A DNA stretch of 62,911 nt, counting the filler, from Streblomastix strix (Eukaryota): the NCBI GenBank assembly GCA_008636045.1. It is 2 parts of 2 records of this genome, joined end to end, with 100 filler letters (N's around TTAATTAATTAA, not from the genome) between each part and the next. Parts side by side here need not be neighbours in the genome. Positions count along the whole stretch, not along the records: positions 1 to 31,433 come from SNRW01000081.1; 1 more part is not named here. One strand, given 5' to 3'. The position numbers were made by a program, and so were the translations under genes. The notes beneath the pieces were generated by a model. That model was not told where the DNA came from. It saw only the letters and a program-made list of their open reading frames with translations, and made no database searches. Shown piece by piece: positions 1 to 12,422 of this stretch (the stretch's first letter is position 1; each line of letters starts with the position of its first letter).

Positions 1-900
1 GATGATATTAAACGCTTCTTATGGGTCTGATGGATGAATACTGAGAAATATAACAAGATCAAATTACTCAACAAAGAGAAGACTATAGAAGCACATACTA
101 AGTAATCATGGATGAATGATCATAACTTAGCTGATAACCTTTATGCTGTTCAATTTAATCCAAAGAATTGCAAGTGTAATACATGTTTATAAGTTGCTTA
201 TTTTACACTAGATAATGCAAAATATTGGTATCTTAATTTCATATATAATTTCATGTATAAATGCTTGGATATGACTAAGATTCATTTTATTGAAGGAGAT
301 ACTGATTCAGCTTATTGAGCAATTAGTGGCAAATAAGTTATACTCAATAGCACAAACTAGTAAGAGTACGAAGATAACTTGCATCAAGGATTTAAATATG
401 TCATCAAAGACCAGTCAGCATGGCAGGCTTTGCAAGGTAAGTAGTTCTATGACGCTAACGCAAAATATTACTTTCCAACAATTGAAGAAGATAAATAAGA
501 CGAAAAGAAACTACTAAGTTTATCTATCGAAAATGAAGGAGATGAGATATTTGCATTAGCCCCCAAAAATTATTATATTCATACATTTAAAAGTAATTTA
601 ATTAATCGATATAATAGAACTTAAAGGAGTTAATCTAAGATAGAACAATATAAACAAATAAGACATAATTGATAATATCGTTAATGGAAAAATAACATAA
701 GGAACTAATATTTGATTAAGTTAATAAGCAGGTTAACTGTAAGAAGGTTAACTATCAAAGACTTATTGTATGAGTAAGTTATTATCAACTAAGAATGCGT
801 TAACTGGTATATAAACTAAGATGATAGTACTTAAAAAATAGTTAAAGTTGTCTACCATTCATCCGTGGATTAACTGCTGATAGTTCTATTGACTTAGTAG
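1..900 (+). pseudogene. Protein-primed family B DNA polymerase, C-terminal part, disrupted
   Basis: Motif B ILNASYG at 5-25, motif C EGDTDS at 292-309, then ALAPKNY and LKGV. Frameshifts near 33 and ~605, with in-frame TGA at 316-318 and 713-715. Confidence 0.9.
411..444 (+). repeat. Copy 1 of a ~27-34 nt dispersed micro-repeat, inside pPolB
   Basis: ccagtcagcatggcaggctttgcaaggtaagtag, 27/34 identical to 15729-15762. Confidence 0.7.
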
Positions 901-971
901 ATAATCGAAGATTCAGAAACTATAAGTCTAAGCTTAGCAGAGCTCAAATCTATGATTTCAAACCTATGGTT

Positions 972-2075
972 TCAAGTTGATTTTTTAGCATTTATGCCAG
1001 TGCCTTTGGCGTTACCTTTCTTTTTAAGCTATTTTTTATCATATTTCTTTTTAAGTTCTTTCTATGCTTCTATTGTTGCAGTCATTTATTTTTCGCTAAT
1101 GAAGTTCTTTTTAATTTTAGCTTAATTCACTTTCTCAACTTTTGATAGAGCTTTGTTCATTTATATGTAAGAAGATATTTTATCATTTATTCTCATACTT
1201 ACAACCTTCTCTGGGAATTGAACCGCATTAAGAGAATTTAATCCCCAATCCAATGAGCCTAACTTATAATTAATTGCATCATTCATTCTAGTCATTTCAT
1301 TTGCTTATAAATCTTCAATTTTATCTTATTCAGCTTATTCTTATACCAATGATTTTTATTATTAAGGTTCTACAACTGGAGATGCAAGTGGTATACCTTC
1401 TAATACATCATTACCTAATTGTTCCTGATTATTTTCAGTCTCAAACCCCTTATCTTAATGAAGCACTTCATGTATCTCTTTTTATGTTGCTTCATTTATA
1501 ATATCTTCTCTTTCTTTATATTAATTTGTAAGTAATTCTTTAGTAACTACGTCTTAGGAAGGTTAATTTTATAATGCATTGTAATTTAAATATGGTTATA
1601 TATTTTTATAATTGTATATACCAGAGGCAAGTTATGCATTAACATTAGATATTGCAACTAACGAAGGATCACCTACTCCAACAGCATTATTTATCATATT
1701 TTTTGCTATTGCTTATGGTTATATCTAATCACGTAATACATCTTAAGCTATTGATCTCATTGATAGTAGATCTAATGATTTTGGTTCTATTTCTCTTCTA
1801 TATCTTCTGAGATTATCATCTTATTTTTTACCAAAAAATGATGCTGTTTCTTTTAATCCATATTATCTTATACCTGATTATCTTAATTATTATTGATTTT
1901 AATCCACAAAATAACTAATCACATCTATCTTTCTACTATAAATCTATGATTATTAACAATAATTAGTAATTCTTCCTCTTAATGTAGCAACAGTATCATT
2001 TTATTAACAAGTAATACCAATTTTATCAGCTAAATTTTAAAGTGATTCTGTACTACCATTTGATATGTAAGACAT
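972..2075 (-). CDS. Viral hypothetical protein, 367 aa, with a Lys-rich C-terminus (possible core/DNA-binding protein)
   Basis: Open from ATG 2075 to TGA 972 in code 6 (MSYISNGSTESLQNLADKIG...KKKGNAKGTGINAKKST). Confidence 0.7.
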
Positions 2076-2091
2076 TTTAATTCACTAAAAA

Positions 2092-2304
2092 ATGAAAGTA
2101 AAAGAATATATGAAATACAGATAATTCTTATCATCATTACTCTGTTTAGCTACTAAGTCAGATCCAACGATAGAACTACGATTCATTCTACGATAATTTA
2201 ATAGACGATTGACAATGGATTAATTAAAATAGGTTATTGATCAAGGATAAATAAACAGTTATGAAGTAGTACTATTATTGATGAATATGTTGGAAGACAA
2301 ATGA
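2092..2304 (+). CDS. Viral hypothetical protein, 70 aa
   Basis: ATG-to-TGA ORF in code 6 (MKVKEYMKYRQFLSSLLCLATKSDPT...). Confidence 0.5.
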
Positions 2305-2324
2305 TTAAGAAAAATAAATAGTGT

Positions 2325-2711
2325 TCATTGATCATAAGTTTCATCTTCTTCTTTATTTTCAGTTATCTCTTTTAGTTTATTTTGTTTATATTTCTCAAGT
2401 ATATTAAGTATAGTGATTATATCTTATTCATCTAGTTTTACCTTTTAAATCTATCGAATAGCAGTACGTTATAATTCAGTGATTGTTTATCTAAATTATC
2501 TAGTTATTGCATATTAGTTCTTTTTAAACACACTTCGTTATTCTCTTGCATTAATTTTAGCCTCTTCATTTGTATTATATTTCTTAGGTCTACCACTTTT
2601 AACACTTTCTTTTTTTTCATATTTAAGTTTTTTAGTAATAGTCTCTTCGATGTTAGCATTTATGCTAGACTCTTCAAGTTTATTAGTTTCATTAACTACG
2701 TTCATTTTCAT
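2325..2711 (-). CDS. Small basic protein with an AT-hook-like GRPKKY motif, 128 aa
   Basis: Code-6 extension of track ORF 2538..2741: KSGRPKKYNTNEEAK followed by a helical region. Confidence 0.6.
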
Positions 2712-3846
2712 TGAGTAAAAAAGTCTATTTATATTTAACAACTAAGTTTTCAAAATTATCACTTACCTTCTTAGCGAAGTAAATAGGTATTTCAACTTAT
2801 TGTATATCTTTATATGGTTTCAATAACCTACAGATTATATTCCCATGCTAATACTTCTCGAATATTGCCAACTCATTAAACTATCTACGCTATTTTTTGA
2901 ATTAATAAGATGTCTTTGAAAAATCAAGGTGAATCAGTATAATATTTCCTTTTGTTAGTTTTGCTAAATAATTCTACGATTATTTAACATCATTTAATTT
3001 CTTCATTTATGATCGTATATATTTACCTTCTAAATTTTCATATTTATTAACCTATGATGGACTATGCTTTAAATCAAAGGCACAATGAGGCTTATCTTTA
3101 TAGAATTTAACTATCTATTACATTAACTTTGGATCTGGCATATCTTTACCAATGAAAGCATCTCTATTGGTTCGAATAACTCTGTCAACTTCTCTATTTT
3201 TATTAGTGAATTTTGATTTACTCATGTAATATTATATTTAATGAGCCTATAAGAAATCCTAGACCATTTTACTACCGATAGCGCTTTCACTATCAGACCT
3301 TAGATTAGTTACATGCTGTTATTTAAACAATTAATCGAGACACCTTAATATCTCCTATTATGTTTTATTCTTTATCTCCTAGACAGCTAAGAATTTAATA
3401 TTGATATTAATGCAGAATAGGTAACAACTTTGTTGCTGGCCTAAAGGCTAATCTTTCTTTCCATCGAATACTATATCTATCTCCCATGATCCTAATGATT
3501 TAGAGAAGTAAGGTCTATAGAATTACTTTAATGGTTTTAATTTATAATCCTTTATCTAATTCTATTTATCGAAAGGATTGGATAGAACAGCTTCGATCGC
3601 TGTCAATGTATGATTCTTTTTAACTTTTTCTATATGGTATTCTTAAAATTTATCTAGATATTACTTATATAACTCAGCTATTATTTTAACATTTTTTACT
3701 TTAGACCCACAAATACCTTCAGTGAATTATTTTTCTAAATCATTTGAGGCAAACTTAGTTTCAAATTATCGATTCAAACTAGTTACAAACGCTTTCAAAC
3801 TCAATTTATTTATCTCATAAGCCTTATCATTAATGAATTTATTCAT
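2689..3846 (-). CDS. Retroviral-like (rve) integrase of Polinton type, 385 aa, open frame
   Basis: GSWEIDIVF, YLFCININ, NLRSDSESA, VDRVIRT and FYKDKPHCAF follow the c-integrase core order D..D..E/D. Confidence 0.85.
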
Positions 3847-3903
3847 TTCAATTCAAAAATATTGGCTCAAACCAATGGTTTTCTAAATCTGAAGGATATA
3901 TCA

Positions 3904-3937
3904 TTGACTTGCTACGCAAAGCCAGCTTCACTGACAA
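3904..3937 (-). repeat. Copy 2 of the dispersed micro-repeat
   Basis: Reverse complement reads ttgtcagtgaagctggctttgcgtagcaagtca and shares gaagctggctttgc with copy 3. Confidence 0.65.
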
Positions 3938-4069
3938 ATCTTCGATTCGCAAGCATATTTGATAGCGAAGTTGAATATCTACTTGAATAGCTCATGCCAA
4001 TTAATCCCAACTGATTCAAGAGCGTTAATCATTGTCTGATTGAATATCTCCATTTTCAGTATAATAAAT

Positions 4070-5531
4070 TCATTGAATATATTACAGCTCCAATAGTAAA
4101 TTGTTATATATATCCATAAACTAGTTAGATATTCTTCATCCAAAATTATCATACAGTTTAAATACAAAGGATCTACTCATACCCATTAATCCAGTCTATG
4201 ATAACATATTCTATCCCCAAAGAACTGGTGCTCCTATTAGATTCTATTTATAGCACACATTCGAAAATCCTACATTGTTAATGGTTTGCATTATTGAACC
4301 CATCATTTGATTATCAACACATATAATTAGCATCTAAGGATACTCTAAGAAATTACCGATATAGGGGCAAAAGATGGGTATGTCCGATAGTAATGACTAT
4401 TAATTATACTTAGTTTTATAGAACCAATCTTATAGTTCTATTATTTTTTCTTTAGAGGTAATATTAGACATTTGGTTAGCATTATTTTAGTTAACACAAT
4501 CATACAAATCTAGTCCACCAGTTAACTATACGTATAAGTTATTAGATAATGCTATACTATTAACGTACCAGTTACTATGTGGTTTAGAGTTATATTCATT
4601 AACTACTGATGGAATATATTACCCATATTAATTTAATAGCTAACATTCAGTATATATATCCTTCCATTATTATACGTTTAATGCAGGTAATGAACATATC
4701 ATTCTAATGGGAATGTATTAATGCTATTGCTAATTTATTGCATCGTTAATGATTATACATTAATTGGGTTAATATCAGTTTCATCTAAATTACCATTAGT
4801 TATTGTTATCTATTTCCCAAAATTATACATTACATTAATGGAATAAGACTAATCCACACTCTATAGGGATTCGATTGATGTTATGAAGTTATTACCATTT
4901 GGCTCATATAATCTTATTAGACCAATACATCGATAAGCTATTACTAAATCTGTATCAAATATCCAATAATGATATAAGAAAGCATCCAAGCGTAAATTGA
5001 TATAGTTTAATGCAGAACTACATATATCTGTACCATTATTTATAATCAATATATATATTTTTCTATTATTTTTGAGTATGTTCATTTACACCGTTATTGA
5101 AACAGATAGAATTGGTGTTAATGCTATTGATTAGTTCGAAATACTCTTCCTGATGGTCAATGAATGAGTTAAAATCAGTTTATTTCAATGCGTTAACTGA
5201 TGGACTATATAGATATGACTATTTATCTGAATTTAATGTATACATGTTATTTATTATAGTATTCATTTTAATTCTAATCGGTGGCAAACTATCAATAGCT
5301 TCTAGTTTATAAGTGCTATTTGCATTCTTAATTTATTACTTCAAATTTAATACTTTTAGATTATCTCGGATTTCTATATAGTCATCGTTAATGAAGATGT
5401 ATAGATTTAAAGGTATATTGGTCATGCTATTAATTTAAAATTATCTATATCCAGTAGGAGCTTGAGCTAACCATTCAATGTAATCCTTTTCGCTATCATT
5501 GTTGATTATTTACAAACCTATTTTAAGTCAT
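4070..5531 (-). pseudogene. Probable minor capsid (penton-like) protein, frameshifted
   Basis: Beta-rich, ~480 codons. N-terminal region reads PTGYRQFQINSMTNIPLNLYIFINDDYIEI and the C-terminus reads SFVFKLYDNFG*RISNQF..NNLLLELQY, resembling single jelly-roll penton ends. Several frameshifts and one TGA. Call rests on pattern and context. Confidence 0.55.
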
Positions 5532-5561
5532 TTATTCAAGACAAAAATAAAATCAAGATCA

Positions 5562-6377
5562 TCAATTGATTGACCTCTATGTAACGGTTTATCTAATTAG
5601 CTCCATTATCTCGGTATCATCTTATTCATTTGGTATAGTAAAACTAAGTTTTTTCATTTTAATACCTCTGTCTTTTAACACATCCTTAATGGCATAGTTA
5701 ATTGTTACCGCTATTGGAAAATTATCGATATGGATAATAGATCTTTAAACAATTTAAGGGTATTTATTTATGCTATTTTTATGTAATCTATGTACTTTGT
5801 AATACATTCCATCAATGTATTCGTTAATGAATTCAATTGAGTATATATAATCATATTGTTTATCTTGTAGCACTAATCTAGGTTCCATATGTTGAATTGT
5901 ATTACTATAGTCAGCGTTTTCACGTTAAAGTTGTTCAATAAGTCGATTCGTATTCGCTTCAAAATTAGTGAGTGTTTACTAACTATTTTCGTTAATTGAG
6001 TCTATTATATCTGTAACTATATCAAGATATTTAATTCTTGTTTTCATACAAATGATATTAACTAATCTTGGATTAATATATGTTCCTCTTACTTCATTAG
6101 TATATTCATTGATTAATTAATATTCAATAGAGGGCTGGCTGGTTTTCAAGCCAGCACTTTTTTCATTGATATATTGCTTATATTACCTATACAAATGTGT
6201 TGAAGTTATATTCTTTAATAATTTGTTTGTTTATTCATGTTCATTAATCTTTTAAGCTAGTTTCGTTGCATTAATGTATCCATCTTATTCACGTATCATT
6301 ATCTCAAAGCTTTTATATGTTCCGATAGTGAAGATTTCGTTATTGGATGAAATTTTAGTTGCTATTGGTATAGTCAT
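5562..6377 (-). CDS. KilA-N domain DNA-binding protein, 271 aa
   Basis: DGYINATKL and RGTYINPRLV are KilA-N signatures, followed by a coiled coil. The frame is open in code 6. Confidence 0.85.
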
Positions 6378-6423
6378 TTTAATTATTGAATAAATAATGG
6401 AAAAAATAAATATGTTAAATAAA

Positions 6424-6675
6424 TCATAATAAATTATTATCATTAATAATTTCATTAATATAATCATTATACAACTTTTCATTAAATTATATATGTACTA
6501 CATCTTTTAATTCCTTCATGTAATAAAGTTTATTATGTAATCTTTGTTTTATAATATCCTTATTTTACTTCATTGTTTGTCTCAATTATTATTCTTAATC
6601 CATTAATGATTATATCGTTTATAATTGTTAATAATGTGTATTAATTAATTACTATTCGCTTTCATCTCCATTCAT
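6424..6675 (-). CDS. Viral hypothetical coiled-coil protein, 83 aa
   Basis: ATG-to-TGA ORF in code 6 (MNGDESEQQLINTHYQQLQ...). Confidence 0.45.
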
Positions 6676-6861
6676 TTACATATATTTTAAAAATCAAAAA
6701 TAATTCTATAGTCATATTTTATCAACTTCTCTCATAATTTAAGATATTTCTATATAACAATTATTATATTCATCAATATCTGAATTAATGCAATCTTGAG
6801 TAAAATTATTCAATTAATCTATTAGGATAGAAGACTCTATGAGTTTATCGTTAGTTTGATT

Positions 6862-6897
6862 TTATACTCTTTTAGAGTCTAGACTTTCAGTATATTA
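6862..6897. repeat. Palindromic repeat with agtctagact core, copy 1; copy 2 at 9412-9445
   Basis: ttatactcttttagagtctagactttcagtatatta versus ttatactctttaagtctagactttcagtatatta. Confidence 0.75.
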
Positions 6898-7127
6898 ATG
6901 AGGCTATTAATCAAGCAATTTATCTATTTTATCGAGTTTATTAATAACATAATTTAATTTCCTAAATATATCAAATAGTTATTATGTTTCTTCTATCAAT
7001 ATATATATGCTACAAGTTTTCTTATATATCATATGTATTGTCCTAACCCATTTAAATTAATGATAAAAAATAAAAAATCATATTCTTAGAGTCTGAGAAT
7101 CTCCGATTATCATTATCAGTGAAATGG

Positions 7128-7148
7128 CTGGTGACAAAGTCACTATCT
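7128..7148 (-). repeat. GTGAC-nnn-GTCAC hairpin overlapping a stop codon, copy 1; copy 2 at 13411-13431
   Basis: Minus-strand AGATAGTGACTTTGTCACCAG versus plus-strand AGATAGTGACTGTGTCACCAG, 20/21 identical. Confidence 0.75.
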
Positions 7149-7352
7149 TGTACCATTAATGTATCGATCAACTCCACCAGCTAATTTTGCCCCTACTCCC
7201 ATAGCTGATCCTACTGCTGGATGAATCATAGAAACTGGACCTGCTAATGTATCTAGAATTTTATTCAATGTTGGTGCAACCCAACTTGCAGCCTTAATTA
7301 TACACCCTAATACTTTGCTACCGAAATTTTTCAATCCAGACCAAAACTCCAT
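7140..7352 (-). CDS. 70-aa amphipathic Gly/Ala-rich protein, adenovirus protein VI-like (candidate membrane-lytic virion protein)
   Basis: MEFWSGLKNFGSKVLG matches the pVI amphipathic helix WSG(I/L)KNFGS. The gene is divergent from, and adjacent to, the major capsid gene. Confidence 0.6.
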
Positions 7353-7412
7353 TTATTACAATAAAAATTAATCATTATAAACGTTTTAAGCTGTTTCTTT
7401 TTTATAATCTAA

Positions 7413-9382
7413 ATGTCATTTGCGTCAAGCGATTATTTGAAACGATTAGCCTCTGCACAACATTAGGATTACATTAATTCATACTTATAATTCTAGGAAA
7501 TAATGCAGACTCAAACTATATATGCATAATCATTTTGTATATCTAAGCAATAATTCTTTGATTAACCTGTAATTTAACTTACGAATGATGGTGCACATTA
7601 TACTAGAGCGCCGCTTGCAGCAAGAGGAACTGCTACCTGTTCAATGATTCAAATTTGTTAAATCAGTTGGCAAATTTAGATACCAGCGAATACATTAGCG
7701 ATATAGGTTAATTAAGTAGTAGCTACAGGTGATGAAGGTTAAGTAAGAAATAGATAAATATCAAATTATAATGCTATTAATACTGGAGTATGGAATGATC
7801 TTTAAACAGTAACAATGTAATAACGTGGAACAGCAGCCACACAGTAGCCATATTACACTAATGAACACATTAAATTTTGGTTAGGTTTCTCATCAGCTTG
7901 TGGACCATTTAATTAGATTGCTATATGTAAAGATTCATAGAAATTGTGGCATACATCAATATATGCTAGAGAGTAAGCAATAATTGCATCCAACTCATTG
8001 ACTGATTAATGTACCTCTAATTCTGTAACAGTTTCTCCACTTGAAAGTATAGTAGAGGGTAAACGACATTGTGGGATATTTATTGATATACCTGTATCTG
8101 TTATTAATGTTAAAGATGCCTTTAATTATTTGATTCGTTATGATATAGTATTTAGTGGAGTAATGGATCTGAACTAACTGAACCCTATCTTCAACAGCTT
8201 TCCTGTATTGACTAGAAATTATGCGTCATTGTATATATAATTTTGGATGTAAGACTTCTTGTAAGATTTGAAGTTTGCTTGGTTAAATAATTATAACCCT
8301 GTCGATAATACATATCTAGCCTATACAATGATTCCACCAGAGAAACCAGATATAATTTTCTTGAAAAATAGAGCTGCAGCAGTAACTTATAATCAATATG
8401 CTATTCGATTGGTTAATATGGAAAGTTAACCTAATACAACAAAAATACCATCAGCAGCTATAAGTTAAATCAAGAATGCTAAATTTACTGAATTATATAT
8501 AAATAACCTATGTTTTAATATAGCGAATGAAGCTGTAATTAGTGATATGATTCGTAATACAAGACTCATTAACTTCAACACATAAGTTTTTCGTATTTAA
8601 TCGTCTAACTATCCTGTAAGTAATATTGGGGATGAAGGTGGATTTATTTAATCAATAATGTCGTTTGCTAACATCAAGTCTCTATTCGTTACATTTGCTA
8701 TGCCATAATATCCTACATGATTATTCCCTGTTCTATTCAAAACCATTGATTTGATTATAAATTAGCGACATGTTATCCCATACGCTTATCCCGCATTAAC
8801 TTAAGATGTCTGTGGATAAATGTTTGATTGTTTCGTTGATTAAGATGTTATTAGTGCCTCATCAGATTTATATCATTCATTAGTGTTTGAAAACTAACAT
8901 ATAGATGATAAGAACTATCCTTATGGAATTGAAGTAGCTGAGATAGTTGGATAACTTAGACCAGTATCTAACATATTTTATAATACTGCATTGAATAATG
9001 GTACTAAAGCTATTAAAACATACTATCCCAATAAATTTATGCTAGCATGGAAACTTGCTACTGATGATTCATTTATGAGAGGGTATAACTCATCTAAGAT
9101 AGGTGCAAGAACTAATATACAAGTATAAATTGGATTCACACCTGTAGATAATATATGTACTGATGAAGCAATTAGACCTGCTGATCTCGATTAAATCAAT
9201 TTTAGTTACTTTACCTCAACTAGAAGTTACCCAAATATTAAGAATGTTAAATTGACCCCATTAACTCAATATCTATATGATAGCGTTGTTCGAATAATGT
9301 TTGATGATATCCCTGAGCCATAAATGCTATCATTAGAGAGGTAATTGGTGAGATAGGTGGAAGCGCTATCCGTTCAGGTTGA
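7413..9382 (+). pseudogene. Probable major capsid protein (double jelly-roll), ~655 codons, one premature TGA and a terminal frameshift
   Basis: Longest beta-rich ORF in the element (FWLGFSSACGPFNQIAI; DLNQLNPIFNSFPVLTRNYASLY). TGA at 8718-8720 and an AG duplication near 9338. Identity is inferred from size, composition and context. Confidence 0.7.
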
Positions 9383-9411
9383 ACGAAGTGAATTAGATTA
9401 GGATGAAAATA

Positions 9412-9445
9412 TTATACTCTTTAAGTCTAGACTTTCAGTATATTA
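9412..9445. repeat. Palindromic repeat copy 2, just downstream of the capsid gene
   Basis: aagtctagactt palindrome inside an outer tatact/agtata stem. Confidence 0.75.
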
Positions 9446-9461
9446 TTTTTACTTAATTTAA

Positions 9462-9992
9462 ATGAATCAAGATAGAAAGAAAGTATTAAAAGCATTAAAG
9501 ACAAAAATAATGAAGAGCAATTTTCAAGATAAATAGCTTATACAATAACTTGTCAATATGCTAAAGGATATAGTTAATGAAGATAAAACAAAAAGTAGCA
9601 CACATCCACATTACTATGAGGTATCTAATCTTAGTATTAATTTTGATATTATGAATGAAAGACTATACTTATTTAAACGTTAAAGTAATATAGAATAATA
9701 CAATAATAAGCTATACAATGATAATCATTATGACTATATAAAAACATATAATAAGTGTAAATAAGAGATAAATATTAATCCAAAAATAATTAAAATAAAG
9801 TAATACCTATTAATGGATGTCACTAACGAAGATAAATAGATATATAATTAGTTTGTATCAGAATAGAATCATAAGTTGTTTTGTGATTACTATTAATAGA
9901 ACACCATCATAACATCTCAAATCATAGTTGAGCCAATATAGTCGATGGAGTCGACATTTTTATTAAAAAAGTTAGATAGTCAATGTACTTGA
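9462..9992 (+). CDS. Viral hypothetical protein, 176 aa
   Basis: ATG-to-TGA ORF in code 6 (MNQDRKKVLKALKTKIMKSNF...). Confidence 0.55.
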
Positions 9993-10701
9993 TTAGCTCA
10001 TTACACTTGACTGAAAATATTAATTCATCACTATCGTAATACTTATCTTTAATTTCTTAGAAGTCCTGTTGTTATTTTTATTCTGTCTAGTTTATTGGTT
10101 TCTCATTAACGTAACCATATCCACTGAGTAATGATTCAAAGATATGATACACTTCATTATCTGTTGAATTAATCTTCTACCCTAGTTTTTAAGCTATCGT
10201 AAAGAGTTATAGCAAAGCTCTAAGAATCTCTGATTATTATTCCATTTATATCTTCAAAAAAATAATCAATTGAGTTTTCACAATTCATTAGCTTATTCAT
10301 AATCATTATATCTTGTTTCTTCAGCTTCTCTTGCTGCTCTTTTATTATGTAAATGACATTAAATATTGCTAAGTTGTTTCATTTTTTTAATAAATTCTTT
10401 CCTTCTTAATTGATTTAATGCTATATCTTATTTACTAACTGCTTAAAATTTATCCTAATTAAGTATTTATATAATGTCTCTGTAATTATTCATTTGATCA
10501 TGTATTAAGAATAACATCCCATCATTATCTAGCTCAATTATATTATAATTATTGTATGCAATATTACTTATCAATTCTATTTCATCTTATTCATTTATAT
10601 GTACTACATTATAACTCATTTATGATAAAATAAAAAAACCAAAGGGTTGAGAGAAACGAAAGATAAAAAATCAAAGAACTTTGTTTTAACAAAAGTCATC
10701 A

Positions 10702-11994
10702 TCAGATGACACGTCCATTAAATGTTAATGTGTTTCCATCAGCTGATATTTATAAACCTCTAGTAAGATCACTAGCTTATGAGGCTACTACTATTATAAA
10801 ACTTTAAGGTGATTATGTAGCATTAATTGATGGTGTATATATTACCCACTATCCATCAATAGCTCCTCCATTAGTTGTTCTACTACAGCCTAATTAAATT
10901 GATGAACTACCTACAGTTTCTACTGATCTAGATATTCACAAACCATCATCGAATCCGAGTTAAGAAATAGAGTTAATTTAAACGGTGCCACAAGTAACCC
11001 CAGCGAATGATGTCTTTGTACCTGCATTTAATATAAATTGTTAAGTTATTTTAACATTAGGGTAAGCTGAAGATAAGGCAGTACCTCGATAGTTAATGAA
11101 TAATTTTTGATTAGTCTATGTTGAATTATATGAAAATATTAACTCATTTTCATTAAACATCTATTCACAATAATAATTAACTGAGTTACTAGCGAATAAA
11201 ATTAATGGTTTAGTACTATCTTAAGGTTATAACTGAAACTAGTCATTTTTGAATGTCTTTCCTCCTACTATTGTCTCAGTTTATGATTTATTAACATTTT
11301 AACTATATATTTATCCTCTTGTTCCACTAGCACTATCGTGTGGATGGATAGAAGTTGTTGTATTTAATGGATGTTAATGATCTCCACGAGAATACTCAGT
11401 TGAAGTTCCTACAACTCCAGTTCCACTATCAATTAATGGGTTTGCATCACTTGTGGCGGTTACTTAATCTGGTACTATTTTATCTATTTCAACCCATTAA
11501 CTTCCATCATAATCCCATACTAATAAATCTTCAGCACTATACGTATAATCACCTATTGCAGGATTAGCTAAAACAAGTATCTCATCGTTAGTTGTAAATT
11601 AACCTCTGAAATGTGTCTATCGAGCTAACTCACTGTTAATAACTTATACATCAGCCTATAACTATCCTATGTCTTAACTGTAATCATTAATCTATTATTA
11701 TATGTTTTATACTTACTATTCTATTATGATTATTTTATATATGAAATCATTGTTTATTAATTGTATATTGTTAACGATTAATAAGCCATCTTACGTTAAT
11801 TTCATCGCATAATCTATGGGGTTATTCTTATGACAATTCAATAGGTTATTTTAGTCATCAATTATTAATTAATAGTTATAATTCTCAATAAGACTATTCG
11901 AACTACTCTTCTTTGAGTACTACATATAATAACTAATATCTGAGTGTATTAATCGTTTGATTACTGCCAATTGCTATTATGAAAGTGAAGTCAT
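10702..11994 (-). pseudogene. Tail-fibre-like virion protein 1, 430 codons, one internal TGA
   Basis: Coiled coil, then SDANPLIDSGTGVVGTSTEYSRGDHQHPL, TETIVGGKTF, DDGL*ISR and RGLQISADGNTLTFNGRVI. TGA at 10936-10938. Confidence 0.65.
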
Positions 11995-12029
11995 TTTAGT
12001 TAATTTAAATGAGAATTATTTCATTAATC

Positions 12030-12422
12030 ATGTCAATATTGAATTATTTATTCTATGGAGCTAATTTCTTATTATCTGTCAATAGTTTATCGATACCAAA
12101 TTAAGCATAAGAGTTAATCAATGTAATTAAAAAGCTATGCAGTTATTTAGATGTGATAGTGATTCCAATTAGTAGTATAGTATATATTGATAAATTCTTC
12201 TATCATCGCAAAATGTCAATTTAAAAGGAAACTTAAGGTTTGAGTTTCACTAATCAGCTTTGGAGTTAATATACTATTGACGAGCTGTATTAATTAGTAT
12301 AATTAGCGATCAACTATAAGGATATTAAATTTGCTTAGCAATATCGGTATCTAATTACTTTAAAGTTGATTAAATAATCCAATTATAATGAGTCTTGCAG
12401 AGATAAAGCAAATATAGTTTGA
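12030..12422 (+). CDS. Viral hypothetical protein, 130 aa
   Basis: ATG-to-TGA ORF in code 6 that overlaps the ATPase start. Confidence 0.45.

Noticed and set aside
414..441. Micro-repeat read as a tiny GT-AG intron
   Set aside because: The GT-AG spans from position 414 (23, 28 or 31 nt) would break the pPolB frame. A 27-nt removal preserves it.
3241..3489. Plus-strand code-6 ORF of 82 aa
   Set aside because: It lies wholly antisense within the integrase core.
10706..11700. Long plus-strand pseudo-ORF with TGA at apparent Trp positions, suggesting TGA=Trp
   Set aside because: It is the antisense shadow of the minus-strand fibre gene. TGA terminates intact genes elsewhere, so there is no support for readthrough.
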